Positions 1 through 9,401 of a stretch of 43,296 nucleotides of DNA are shown one piece after another. This DNA comes from Proteiniphilum sp. (GTDB lineage Bacteria; Bacteroidota; Bacteroidia; Bacteroidales; Dysgonomonadaceae), in NCBI GenBank assembly GCA_016649795.1, contig JAENWZ010000001.1, positions 1-43,296 of the forward strand, in the 5' to 3' direction. Positions within the stretch are counted from its first letter, which is position 1. Every line of letters begins with the position of its first letter. Both the position numbers and the translations under genes were made by a program. The notes under the pieces are model-generated. The model saw nothing but the letters and a program-made list of their open reading frames with translations. It was not told the origin of the DNA and searched no databases.

Positions 1-776
1 CGTCCTTTTTCAGCAACAACATCGAGATCAAAATCTGCTATTTCTCTTCTCAGGTTTTGTCTTGCCTGCTCTTCATCGATAAACGATATTCCATAGCGCA
101 GGCGTAGTGTCTTTGTTCCATCAGAAAAATGAAGAACGATATTGGCGTTTCTGCCAGTGGCCGCGTGTGACGACACAGACAGACCATCCCGGAGAGAGCT
201 CACCTCCCGCGGCGCAATCTCGGGTTCAAGATAAAGATAGACTCTTGTATGATTGGCTAACTGCTGATAACCTGAGACAGCCTTACCATCCCATTTTAAA
301 ACGCCCTGGCGTGAATTGAGCACCAGATGGGTAGCATCGTTGCCGTTAAACGTCAACGCGTATAGGGCAGACTGGTGTGAGAGGGCATACTTTACATCTA
401 TCCCATGATCGTCCAGATAGACTGTGTAACCATAGGGTGTGATCTTCTCATTATCGTAACTATATGATATCACAGGCTTCAGATCTGCCCCATCTCCCTG
501 ATAAGGGCTTAAATTAAACGCGGAGCTGCCTCTGTGACTGGTCACCACAACCGGCAAACCGGACAATTGATCGCTGGTGAAATCTCCCCGTTCGGGATAA
601 ACACGCAACATGCTGTTGGGTAAATGAATGGTAGGATAAGTAGGCACTAAAAGATGACTGATGTTTCCCATATATGGATTCACATAGTCCACAACATCCT
701 GCTTATTCAACTGCGCATGGATATTTCCTGTTAGTAAGAGTAAGAATAGAAGCAGAAAAGTTCTAATTTTGTTCAT
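1..776 (-). CDS. GH92 family alpha-mannosidase, N-terminal part (runs off the window start)
   Basis: Not in the ORF track; translated by hand from ATG at 776: MNKIRTFLLLFLLLLTGNIHAQ (signal peptide) then DYVNPYMGNISHLLVPTYPTIHLPNSMLRVYP...LRYGISFIDEEQARQNLRREI, typical of the Bacteroidetes GH92 N-terminal domain. Confidence 0.85.
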   Translation of the reverse strand, partial: MNKIRTFLLLFLLLLTGNIHAQLNKQDVVDYVNPYMGNISHLLVPTYPTIHLPNSMLRVYPERGDFTSDQLSGLPVVVTSHRGSSAFNLSPYQGDGADLKPVISYSYDNEKITPYGYTVYLDDHGIDVKYALSHQSALYALTFNGNDATHLVLNSRQGVLKWDGKAVSGYQQLANHTRVYLYLEPEIAPREVSSLRDGLSVSSHAATGRNANIVLHFSDGTKTLRLRYGISFIDEEQARQNLRREIADFDLDVVAEKG

Positions 777-872
777 CTCACAGATCGTTTTTATACTGAC
801 ACTGAGCCAAAAAGGGTAAAAAAGGAGTTGACATATCGGCCATTTAATTGAATACCCGGGCTGTTTACAGCA

Positions 873-880
873 CAAATTTA
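873..880 (-). promoter_or_regulatory. Bacteroidetes -7 box (TAAATTTG) for the GH92 gene
   Basis: CAAATTTA on the + strand matches TAnnTTTG on the - strand, about 100 bp upstream of the ATG. Confidence 0.55.
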
Positions 881-912
881 GTTATTTTATCTGCATAAAG
901 AGAAATTTGTTC

Positions 913-920
913 TATTTTTG
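913..920 (+). promoter_or_regulatory. Bacteroidetes -7 box (TATTTTTG) for the acyl-CoA ligase
   Basis: Matches TAnnTTTG about 85 bp upstream of the start codon. Confidence 0.55.
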
Positions 921-1003
921 TCATAAGTAGAAGAAAACGATCTTACTATAGGGTTGTTTTTAAACTACATGACTGATGATATTCCATAAAGTTAAAATAT
1001 AAA

Positions 1004-2665
1004 ATGATGAACCAAAACACATTTCTAGGTCTTATTGAGCAAAGTGTCAGGAACCATTGGGAGCTGCCGGCCATGACTGGCTTCCAGGGTAAAACGCACT
1101 ATTACAAAGATTTTGCTCGTGAGATTGATCAGTTGCATGATTTTTTCAAAGCTGCCGGCATTCAGAGGGGTGACAAAATTTCTGTATGTGGAAAAAACTC
1201 TGCCAATTGGGCGATAGCCTTTTTCGCCACTCTCTCCTACGGGGCGGTATCGGTTAGTATTCTGCATGAGTTCGATAAGGATAGCGTGCAATTCATTGTC
1301 GATCACTCCGATTCAATCATGTTTTTTACCGACGACAACATCTGGCAGGATATTGATGAAAGCAAGCTCCCCAAAATAGAAACAGTGATTTCTCTCAATA
1401 ACTTCTCACTGCTGAAATCATCTTCTGAGGCGTCCACCAAATTTGCCGGGGAGGCACCTGCTTATTTCGGGAAGAAGTATGAAAAGGGTTTTTTCGTGAA
1501 TGACATCTCCTTCAGAACAGAAAAGCCGGAAGAGCTGGCGGTGATCAACTACACCTCAGGAACGACCAGCAGCCCCAAGGGTGTGATGATTCCCTACCGG
1601 AGCTTATGGTCTAACACCAGGTTTGCCAACGACTCACTTGAGTTTATCCATGCTGGTGACAACATCGTCTGTATGTTGCCCATGGCGCATACCTACGGGC
1701 TTGCATTCGAGATTCTCAACTCTATCTCTATGGGATGTCATATTCATTTTCTGGGTAAGACACCCTCCCCTAAAGTGTTGCTCGAAGCATTTGCCAGAGT
1801 GAAACCCAAGCTGGTGCTGGCTGTTCCGCTTATTATCGAAAAAATTGTCAATAAGAGTGTACTCCCCAAGCTGCAAGAGGGTGCCGCCAGGGTACTCACA
1901 AAAATCCCACTTCTCGATTCCTTCGTGTATGCGAAAGTACGTAAGTCAATGATTGAAGCATTCGGAGGTAATCTGATAGAGGTGACGATTGGCGGTGCCG
2001 CCATCAACCCCGATGTGGAGAAGTTCCTACGGAAGGTAAAGTTCCCTTACACCGTAGGTTTTGGAATGACCGAATGTGGACCGCTTGTCTCCTACTCCTA
2101 CTGGACTGATTTTAAAGAACACTCCTGCGGCAAGATCGTCGACAGGATGCAGGTGAGGATAGACTCGAATGATCCGCAAAACAGAGTGGGTGAGATCCAG
2201 GTGAAAGGCAGCAATGTGATGCTGGGATACTACAAAAACGAAGAGGCCACGAAGGAGACCTTTACCGACGATGGATGGCTGAAAACAGGTGATCTGGGGT
2301 TGCTGGACAAGGATAATTTTGTCTTTATCAAAGGGCGGGATAAAAATATGATCCTGGGACCCTCCGGACAGAATATCTATCCGGAAGAGATCGAAGAGAA
2401 GATCAACGGATCACCTTTTGTGAATGAGTCGCTGGTCATCGAAGAGAACAGGAAGATCGTCGCGCTTATTGTCCCCGACTTCGATGTTTTGAAGGAATAT
2501 GGCATTGCCGGTGACCAGCTGACGCCTTTCTTTGAGCATCTCATCACAGAGATCAACGCAAAACTACCCAACTACAGCAAGATCACATCCTTCCGCATAC
2601 GTGAGGAAGAGTTTGAGAAAACACCCAAGCGAAGTATCAAGCGATATAAATATCAGCAGAAGTAA
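1004..2665 (+). CDS. fadD: Long-chain fatty acid--CoA ligase (AMP-binding family)
   Basis: YTSGTTSSPKG AMP-binding motif, GFGMTEC, GWLKTGDLG, GQNIYPEEIE; 553 aa. Confidence 0.88.
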   Translation: MMNQNTFLGLIEQSVRNHWELPAMTGFQGKTHYYKDFAREIDQLHDFFKAAGIQRGDKISVCGKNSANWAIAFFATLSYGAVSVSILHEFDKDSVQFIVDHSDSIMFFTDDNIWQDIDESKLPKIETVISLNNFSLLKSSSEASTKFAGEAPAYFGKKYEKGFFVNDISFRTEKPEELAVINYTSGTTSSPKGVMIPYRSLWSNTRFANDSLEFIHAGDNIVCMLPMAHTYGLAFEILNSISMGCHIHFLGKTPSPKVLLEAFARVKPKLVLAVPLIIEKIVNKSVLPKLQEGAARVLTKIPLLDSFVYAKVRKSMIEAFGGNLIEVTIGGAAINPDVEKFLRKVKFPYTVGFGMTECGPLVSYSYWTDFKEHSCGKIVDRMQVRIDSNDPQNRVGEIQVKGSNVMLGYYKNEEATKETFTDDGWLKTGDLGLLDKDNFVFIKGRDKNMILGPSGQNIYPEEIEEKINGSPFVNESLVIEENRKIVALIVPDFDVLKEYGIAGDQLTPFFEHLITEINAKLPNYSKITSFRIREEEFEKTPKRSIKRYKYQQK

Positions 2666-2687
2666 GTTAGTCAACCCACACATATGC

Positions 2688-2720
2688 AAAGAAGTCTAAA
2701 CATTACGTTTAGACTTCTTT
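2688..2720. terminator. Bidirectional intrinsic terminator between convergent fadD and carB
   Basis: Perfect 14-bp stem AAAGAAGTCTAAAC / GTTTAGACTTCTTT with a 5-nt loop. Confidence 0.8.
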
Positions 2721-2749
2721 ATTGACGATATGCCGGCATCCTCTCTATA

Positions 2750-5700
2750 TCAGTACTCACTCCAGCTTTTGATTTCTATATCCTCCAGCTCCATTTTACA
2801 GAAGGCGGTGATGAAAGCGCTTGCCAGACGGGCGTTGGTGATAAGCGGAATATTGTAATCCACTGCACCGCGACGGATGATATAGCCATTGGTCAGCTCT
2901 CTCCTGGTCACATCTTTGGGTATATTGATGATCAGATCAAATTTCTTGTCGGCAATCATCTGCATGATGTTGTTCTCCCCATCCTCATCCGGCCAGTTCA
3001 CGTCGGTGGCATTGATGCCGTTGTCCACAAGGAACCTCTGCGTACCGTGACTGGCATAAAGTGCATACCCTTTCTCTCCCATAAGCCTGCATGCTTCCAG
3101 CAGATCTACTTTCGACTTCATCTCACCCGAAGAGATAAGGATAGCCTTCTCCGGTATTCGGTAACCTACAGAGAGCATAGACTTAAGAATGGCATCAGAA
3201 AAATCCTCCCCGATGCATCCCACTTCACCGGTGGAGGACATATCCACCCCCAGCACAGGATCGGCATTCTGCAAGCGGGAGAAGGAGAACTGGGACGCCT
3301 TCACTCCTACATAATCCAGATTGAACACGGAGCTGTCGGGTTTCACAAAGGGTGCATCCAGCATAATGTGAGTGGCCGTCTCAATGAAATTATGTTTTAA
3401 CACTTTAGAGACGAAAGGAAAGGAGCGCGATGCCCGCAGGTTACACTCTATCACCTTGATCTCATTGTTCCTGGCAAGATATTGAATATTGAACGGGCCG
3501 CTGATGTTCAACTCCATGGCAATCTGTTTGGATATTTTCTTCACACGGCGCATCGTCTCGAGATAGAGCTTCTGGGCAGGGAAGACGAGTGTGGCATCGC
3601 CCGAATGGACACCGGCAAACTCCACATGTTCCGAGATAGCATATTCAACCACCTCGCCCTCACGGGCTACCGCATCGAACTCAATCTCTTTGGCATTCTG
3701 CATGAAAGAGGATACCACCACCGGGTGCTCCTTCGACACATTGACCGCCATCTTCAGGAAGATATGCATCTGTTCTCTGTCGTAACATACATTCATGGCA
3801 GCACCTGAGAGCACGTAGGAAGGGCGAATTAACACAGGAAAACCCACCTCCTCTACAAAAGAGTCTATCTCGTCGAAGCTGCTCATCTCTTTCCAGCGGG
3901 GCTGGTCTATGCCCAGCTCATCGAGCATGGCGGAGAATTTATGCCTGTTTTCCGCGCGGTCGATGGAGAGGGGTGATGTACCTAATATCGGCACATCCTG
4001 CCTGTGCAGCTTCATTGCCAGGTTGTTGGGTATCTGTCCTCCTACGGAGACGATCACTCCTTTTGGATTTTCTATCTCAATCACATCCAGTACACGCTCA
4101 AAGGTGAGCTCATCAAAATAGAGCCTGTCGCACATGTCGTAATCAGTCGATACTGTTTCGGGATTGTAGTTGATCATTACCGACTGGTATCCCAGATCAC
4201 GTGCCGTCTGTACCGCGTTCACAGAGCACCAGTCGAACTCCACCGATGAACCGATCCTGTAGGCACCTGAACCCAGCACAATCACCGATTCACCCTCCTC
4301 TTTACGTGGAGTGTAGGCCTTCTCAGAGCCATAGGTGAAATAGAGATAGTTTGTCTTATCGGGATGCTCGGAAGCAACGGTGTTGATACGACGAACCACC
4401 GGCAGGATATGCAGGCTCTTCCTGTGATTCCGTACCCTGATCAACTCATCCTCTACTGTTCCCTGAGGTTCCTCCACAAAGCGGGCAACCTGGAAGTCAG
4501 AGAATCCGAGCCTTTTTGCCTCTCTCAGTACCTCTTCCGGAAGCTCTTCTATCCTGTTGTAGGCAGACAGCTTCCTGGAATAGTTGTAGATATTCTCCAG
4601 CTTCTCCAAAAACCAGCGGTCGATCTTTGTGAGCTCCTCAATCTCTCCTACACTGTAACCTTTGTCAAAAGCATCAGCAATGGCGAAGATGCGCAGATCG
4701 GTCGGTTTGGAAAGTGACTCCTCCACATTTTCGAACGTTATTTCGCTATTGCCTACAAAACCGTGCATCCCCTGCCCGATCATGCGCAGTCCCTTCTGTA
4801 TGATCTCTTCAAACGACTGACCGATGGACATGATCTCACCCACAGATTTCATGGAGGAACCAATCTCGTGGCTCACACCATAGAACTTATTAAGATCCCA
4901 ACGCGGGATCTTCACAATCATATAATCCACTTTCGGAGCTACATAAGCCGAATTGGCGGTACCCATCTCTCCGATCTGGTCGAGTGTGTACCCCAGCGCC
5001 AGCTTGGTGGCCACGAAGGCCAGCGGATAACCCGATGCTTTGGATGCCAGCGCTGAAGAGCGACTCAGACGGGCATTGATCTCTATGATGCGGTAGTCGT
5101 TCGTGACAGCGTTGAAAGCGTACTGTATATTACACTCACCAACGATACCGATATGGCGGACTGTACGCCTTGCAATATCCTCCATCAAAGAGATCTGTTC
5201 TTTGGTAAGAGTGATGATCGGTGCCACCACAATACTTTCGCCGGTGTGGATACCCAGTGGATCGAAGTTCTCCATCGGCACCACGGTGAAGCAGTGGTCG
5301 TTATTATCACGGATCACCTCAAACTCAATCTCCTTCCACCCTTTAAGGCTCTCCTCCACCAATATCTGGCTGGAGAACGAGAGGGCACTCTTGCAGAGCT
5401 CCACGAACTCTTTCTCATCTGCACAAATACCGGAACCCTGTCCCCCCAGCGCATAGGCGGATCGTACCATAATAGGAAAACCAATCTCATGAGCTGCTGT
5501 CAGTGCATCTTCCAGGTTTTCCACCGCGCGTGACTGCGGTGTTTTCACCTCTATCTCATCCAGCTTCCTGACGAACAGATCACGGTCCTCCGTAATCATG
5601 ATCGCTTCCACCGATGTTCCCAGCACACGCACCCCGTACTTGTTGAGCGTACCGCTCTGGTACAACTCCGTACCGCAGTTCAGCGCTGTCTGTCCGCCGA

Positions 5701-5962
5701 AGGCCAGCAGGATGCCATCCGGTTTCTCTTTCTGTATAACCTTCTCTACGAAAAAGGGTGTGATAGGCAGGAAATAGACAGTGTCGGCCACACCCTCCGA
5801 TGTCTGAATGGTGGCTATATTCGGGTTGATCAGCACCGTTTCAATGCCTTCCTCACGCATTGCTTTCAGTGCCTGTGAACCGGAATAATCAAACTCCCCC
5901 GCCTGTCCGATCTTCAGGGCACCGGAACCCAGTAAAATAACTTTCTTGATTGATTGATCCAT
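2750..5962 (-). CDS. carB: Carbamoyl-phosphate synthase large subunit, distal divergent paralog
   Basis: GSGALKIGQAGEFDYSG, MENFDPLGIHTGES, EINARLSRSS, GSSVEFDW, EHVEFAGVHSGD, ECNLRASRS and a C-terminal MGS-like domain; 1070 aa. Confidence 0.95.
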   Translation of the reverse strand: MDQSIKKVILLGSGALKIGQAGEFDYSGSQALKAMREEGIETVLINPNIATIQTSEGVADTVYFLPITPFFVEKVIQKEKPDGILLAFGGQTALNCGTELYQSGTLNKYGVRVLGTSVEAIMITEDRDLFVRKLDEIEVKTPQSRAVENLEDALTAAHEIGFPIMVRSAYALGGQGSGICADEKEFVELCKSALSFSSQILVEESLKGWKEIEFEVIRDNNDHCFTVVPMENFDPLGIHTGESIVVAPIITLTKEQISLMEDIARRTVRHIGIVGECNIQYAFNAVTNDYRIIEINARLSRSSALASKASGYPLAFVATKLALGYTLDQIGEMGTANSAYVAPKVDYMIVKIPRWDLNKFYGVSHEIGSSMKSVGEIMSIGQSFEEIIQKGLRMIGQGMHGFVGNSEITFENVEESLSKPTDLRIFAIADAFDKGYSVGEIEELTKIDRWFLEKLENIYNYSRKLSAYNRIEELPEEVLREAKRLGFSDFQVARFVEEPQGTVEDELIRVRNHRKSLHILPVVRRINTVASEHPDKTNYLYFTYGSEKAYTPRKEEGESVIVLGSGAYRIGSSVEFDWCSVNAVQTARDLGYQSVMINYNPETVSTDYDMCDRLYFDELTFERVLDVIEIENPKGVIVSVGGQIPNNLAMKLHRQDVPILGTSPLSIDRAENRHKFSAMLDELGIDQPRWKEMSSFDEIDSFVEEVGFPVLIRPSYVLSGAAMNVCYDREQMHIFLKMAVNVSKEHPVVVSSFMQNAKEIEFDAVAREGEVVEYAISEHVEFAGVHSGDATLVFPAQKLYLETMRRVKKISKQIAMELNISGPFNIQYLARNNEIKVIECNLRASRSFPFVSKVLKHNFIETATHIMLDAPFVKPDSSVFNLDYVGVKASQFSFSRLQNADPVLGVDMSSTGEVGCIGEDFSDAILKSMLSVGYRIPEKAILISSGEMKSKVDLLEACRLMGEKGYALYASHGTQRFLVDNGINATDVNWPDEDGENNIMQMIADKKFDLIINIPKDVTRRELTNGYIIRRGAVDYNIPLITNARLASAFITAFCKMELEDIEIKSWSEY

Positions 5963-5967
5963 TAATT

Positions 5968-6087
5968 GATGTGTTGATGTGTCGATTTAACGATGTGCCG
6001 ATTTGATGATTTGATGATTTGATGATTTGGTGATGAGCTAATCTGCTAATCTGTTAATCTGCTAATCAACTAATCACCGAATCTGCT
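5968..6087. repeat. In-phase degenerate octamer array (15 units) in two inverted halves
   Basis: gatgtgtt gatgtgtc gatttaac gatgtgcc gatttgat gatttgat gatttgat gatttggt gatgagct | aatctgct aatctgtt aatctgct aatcaact aatcaccg aatctgct; fills almost the whole carB-carB spacer. Confidence 0.9.
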
Positions 6088-6089
6088 AA

Positions 6090-9000
6090 TCACTTATACT
6101 CTCCCCAGTGCTTAATCTCAATATCATCCTCTGAGATCTTACAGAACGCTTTGATAAAGGCACTTGCCAGACGAGCGTTCGTGATAAGAGGAATATTGAA
6201 GTCGATGGCGCCGCGACGGATCTTGTAGCCGTTTGTCAGTTCCCTTTCTGTAAGGTTTTTCGGAATGTTGATGACCAGATCGAATCTCTTCTCTGCAATC
6301 ATTTCGTTCACCTTCAGCCCGGTACCAACGTCATCCGGCCAGGCTACGAAACTGCTCTCCACTCCGTTTTCCGTCAGGAACTTCTGCGTACCGCCGGTTG
6401 CGAAAAGGCAGTATCCGTTTTGTTGCAACAATCGGCAGGCATCCAGCAGGTCCACCTTCGATTTCGTACCACCCGAGGAGACCATGATGTTCTTTTTGGG
6501 AATGCGGTAGCCTACAGCCAACATGGAAGTGAGCAGTGCATCATCGAAATGGGTGCCAATGGCCCCGACTTCTCCGGTCGATGCCATATCCACTCCAAGT
6601 ACCGGATCGGCTTTCTGCAGGCGGGTAAAGGAGAACTGAGAGGCTTTGATCCCCACATAGTCGAGATCGAAAGCCGACTTCTCCGGCTTCTCCACCTGTA
6701 TATCAAGCATCACTTTCGTTGCAAGCTCTATAAGGTTTATCTTGAGAACTTTAGATACAAACGGGAATGATCTGGAAGCTCTCAGGTTGCACTCTATCAC
6801 TTTGATATCATTCTCTTTTGCCAGGAACTGAATATTGAATGGACCGGAGATATTCAATGCTTTGGCAATCTCACGTGTGATCTGTTTGATTCTTCTTACC
6901 GTCTGCACATATATCTTCTGTGGCGGGAACTGAATGGTGGCATCCCCCGAGTGGACACCGGCAAACTCCACATGTTCGGAGATGGCGTAGACCACCAGCT
7001 CTCCGTTCTGGGCGACCGCATCCATCTCAATCTCTTTGGCATATTCCACAAATTCCGACACCACCACCGGATATTTATTCGACACCTCGGTCGCCAGCGT
7101 GAGGAAGCGCTCCAGCTCATCCCTGTTGGAGCAGACGTTCATCGCTGCACCCGAGAGCACGTAGGAAGGGCGTACCAGCAGCGGGAAGCCCACCTCATCC
7201 ACGAACAGGTGTATATCATCGAGCGTGGTGAGCTCTTTCCACCGAGGCTGGTCGATATGCAACCTGTCGAGCATGGAAGAGAACTTATGACGGTCCTCAG
7301 CGTTATCGATGCTACTCGCGGAAGTACCCAGAATGTGCACCCCTGCGTTGTCCAGTTTCACTGCCAGGTTGTTGGGTATCTGTCCCCCTACCGAGACGAT
7401 GACGCCGTGCGGGTTTTCGAGTTCAATAATATCCATCACCCGCTCATACGACAGTTCATCGAAATAGAGCCGGTCGCACATATCATAGTCGGTCGACACC
7501 GTTTCGGGGTTGTAGTTGATCATCACAGAGCGGTATCCCTCTTTACGGACGGTGGTCAGCGCATTCACCGAGCACCAGTCGAACTCGACCGACGAGCCTA
7601 TACGATAGGCCCCCGACCCCAGCACGATCACCGAGCGGCGATCGCCCAGGTAGTGCACATCGTTCTCCGATCCGTTGTAGGTGAGATAGAGGTAGTTGGT
7701 CTGCGCGGGATACTCAGCCGCCAGCGTATCTATCTGCTTTACCACCGGGAGAAGACCCCGTCTCTTTCTGTAGGCACGGATAATCCGCGGATATTCATCT
7801 TCTGTTTGCTCTTTCCAGATGGCTCTGGCAACCTGAAAGTCGGAGAAACCCTGTTGCTTGGCCACCTGCAGCAGTTCATCGAAACCGTTGTTATTCTCTT
7901 TTCCGAAATCAACCGATTCGGGCCTGTATGCTTCCAGTGATTCAGCTGTAAGGATGATATTGTACAATTTACGCAGGAACCATCTGTCTATTTTTGTCAG
8001 CTCATGGATCTGATCTACTGTATATCCTTTGCGGAACGCTTTGCTGATAACGAAGATGCGCTGATCAGTCGGCTCATGTAGTGCTTTGTCTATATCATCG
8101 ATCTTCAGCTCCTTGTTCTCCACGAAGCCGTGCATCCCCAGCCCGATCATGCGGAGCCCCTTCTGTATAGCCTCCTCAAAGGTGCGGCCGATGGCCATGA
8201 TCTCGCCTACCGACTTCATGCTGGAGCCGATCTCTTTCGATACGCCGCTGAACTTACCCAGATCCCAGCGGGGGATCTTAACGACAATATAATCGAGTGC
8301 CGGCTCAAAGAAGGCACTGGTAGATTTGGTGACAGAGTTCTTCAGGTCGAAGAGCCCGTAGCCCAGTCCCAGCTTGGCAGCGACAAATGCCAGCGGATAG
8401 CCGGTAGCCTTGGAGGCCAGTGCCGAGGAGCGGCTCAGACGGGCGTTCACCTCTATCACGCGGTAGTCTTCCGATTCCGGGTCGAAGGCGTACTGCACGT
8501 TGCACTCTCCCACGATACCGATATGGCGGACAATCTTGATGGCCAGCTCCCGCAGCTTATGATACTCTGTATTGGTAAGTGTCTGCGAGGGGGCCACCAC
8601 GATGCTTTCGCCGGTGTGTATGCCTAGCGGGTCGAAGTTCTCCATATTGCAGACGGTGATGCAGTTGTCGTAGCGGTCCCGTACCACCTCATACTCAATC
8701 TCCTTCCACCCCTTCAGCGACTTCTCTATCAGCAGCTGATCGGAGTAGTTGAACGCTTTGCCGGCGAGTGCCTTCAGCTCCTCTTCATTGTTACAGAAGC
8801 CGGAACCCAGTCCGCCCAGGGCATAGGCAGCACGCACAATGATGGGATAGTCCAGCGTGTCTGCGGCCTGTAACGCATCAGCCATCGAAGCGACGGCAAA
8901 GCTTTGGATGCTCTTCACACCAATCTGATCGAGCTTCTTCACGAACAGATCGCGGTCTTCCGTATCCATGATCGCCTGTACCGGTGTACCCATCACCTGC

Positions 9001-9401
9001 ACATCATATTTCTCGAACACACCCGACTGATAAAGCGCTACACCGCAGTTCAATGCTGTCTGTCCGCCGAAGGCGAGCAGAATACCGTCGGGTCGCTCGC
9101 GGGCGATCACCTTCTCCACGAAGAAGGGTGTCACAGGGAGAAAGTATATCTTGTCGGCCGATCCTTCCGATGTCTGTACCGTAGCAATATTGGGATTGAT
9201 CAGAATCGTCTCCACACCCTCCTCACGTAACGCCTTGAGTGCCTGCGATCCGGAGTAGTCAAACTCTCCCGCCTCGCCAATCTTCAATGCCCCCGAGCCC
9301 AGGATAAGGGCTTTTTTCACTTTGGTCATCCCCTCGGCAGGTGACGGGGTTATATCTTGTAGAAATAAACTGTTGTGATCCATTCTTTGCATTTTATCCA
9401 T
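6090..9401 (-). CDS. carB: Carbamoyl-phosphate synthase large subunit, carA-proximal canonical paralog (alternative start 9329)
   Basis: GSGALKIGEAGEFDYSG, NCITVCNMENFDPLGIHTGES, SQTLTNTEYHKLR, FEPALDY, DTLAAEY; start overlaps the carA stop (TAATG). Confidence 0.96.
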   Translation of the reverse strand: MDKMQRMDHNSLFLQDITPSPAEGMTKVKKALILGSGALKIGEAGEFDYSGSQALKALREEGVETILINPNIATVQTSEGSADKIYFLPVTPFFVEKVIARERPDGILLAFGGQTALNCGVALYQSGVFEKYDVQVMGTPVQAIMDTEDRDLFVKKLDQIGVKSIQSFAVASMADALQAADTLDYPIIVRAAYALGGLGSGFCNNEEELKALAGKAFNYSDQLLIEKSLKGWKEIEYEVVRDRYDNCITVCNMENFDPLGIHTGESIVVAPSQTLTNTEYHKLRELAIKIVRHIGIVGECNVQYAFDPESEDYRVIEVNARLSRSSALASKATGYPLAFVAAKLGLGYGLFDLKNSVTKSTSAFFEPALDYIVVKIPRWDLGKFSGVSKEIGSSMKSVGEIMAIGRTFEEAIQKGLRMIGLGMHGFVENKELKIDDIDKALHEPTDQRIFVISKAFRKGYTVDQIHELTKIDRWFLRKLYNIILTAESLEAYRPESVDFGKENNNGFDELLQVAKQQGFSDFQVARAIWKEQTEDEYPRIIRAYRKRRGLLPVVKQIDTLAAEYPAQTNYLYLTYNGSENDVHYLGDRRSVIVLGSGAYRIGSSVEFDWCSVNALTTVRKEGYRSVMINYNPETVSTDYDMCDRLYFDELSYERVMDIIELENPHGVIVSVGGQIPNNLAVKLDNAGVHILGTSASSIDNAEDRHKFSSMLDRLHIDQPRWKELTTLDDIHLFVDEVGFPLLVRPSYVLSGAAMNVCSNRDELERFLTLATEVSNKYPVVVSEFVEYAKEIEMDAVAQNGELVVYAISEHVEFAGVHSGDATIQFPPQKIYVQTVRRIKQITREIAKALNISGPFNIQFLAKENDIKVIECNLRASRSFPFVSKVLKINLIELATKVMLDIQVEKPEKSAFDLDYVGIKASQFSFTRLQKADPVLGVDMASTGEVGAIGTHFDDALLTSMLAVGYRIPKKNIMVSSGGTKSKVDLLDACRLLQQNGYCLFATGGTQKFLTENGVESSFVAWPDDVGTGLKVNEMIAEKRFDLVINIPKNLTERELTNGYKIRRGAIDFNIPLITNARLASAFIKAFCKISEDDIEIKHWGEYK

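Noticed and set aside
107-319. 70-aa + strand ORF
   Set aside because: Lies opposite the GH92 reading frame on the - strand.
5968-6087. CRISPR array (also considered for 38587-38690)
   Set aside because: Units are 7-8 bp and contiguous, with no spacers and no cas genes.
6951-7940. 329-aa + strand ORF
   Set aside because: Antisense shadow of carB with no recognisable motifs; similar shadows occur opposite the other carB.
2750-9401. carB duplication as an assembly artefact
   Set aside because: The copies differ throughout at protein and DNA level and both frames are intact.
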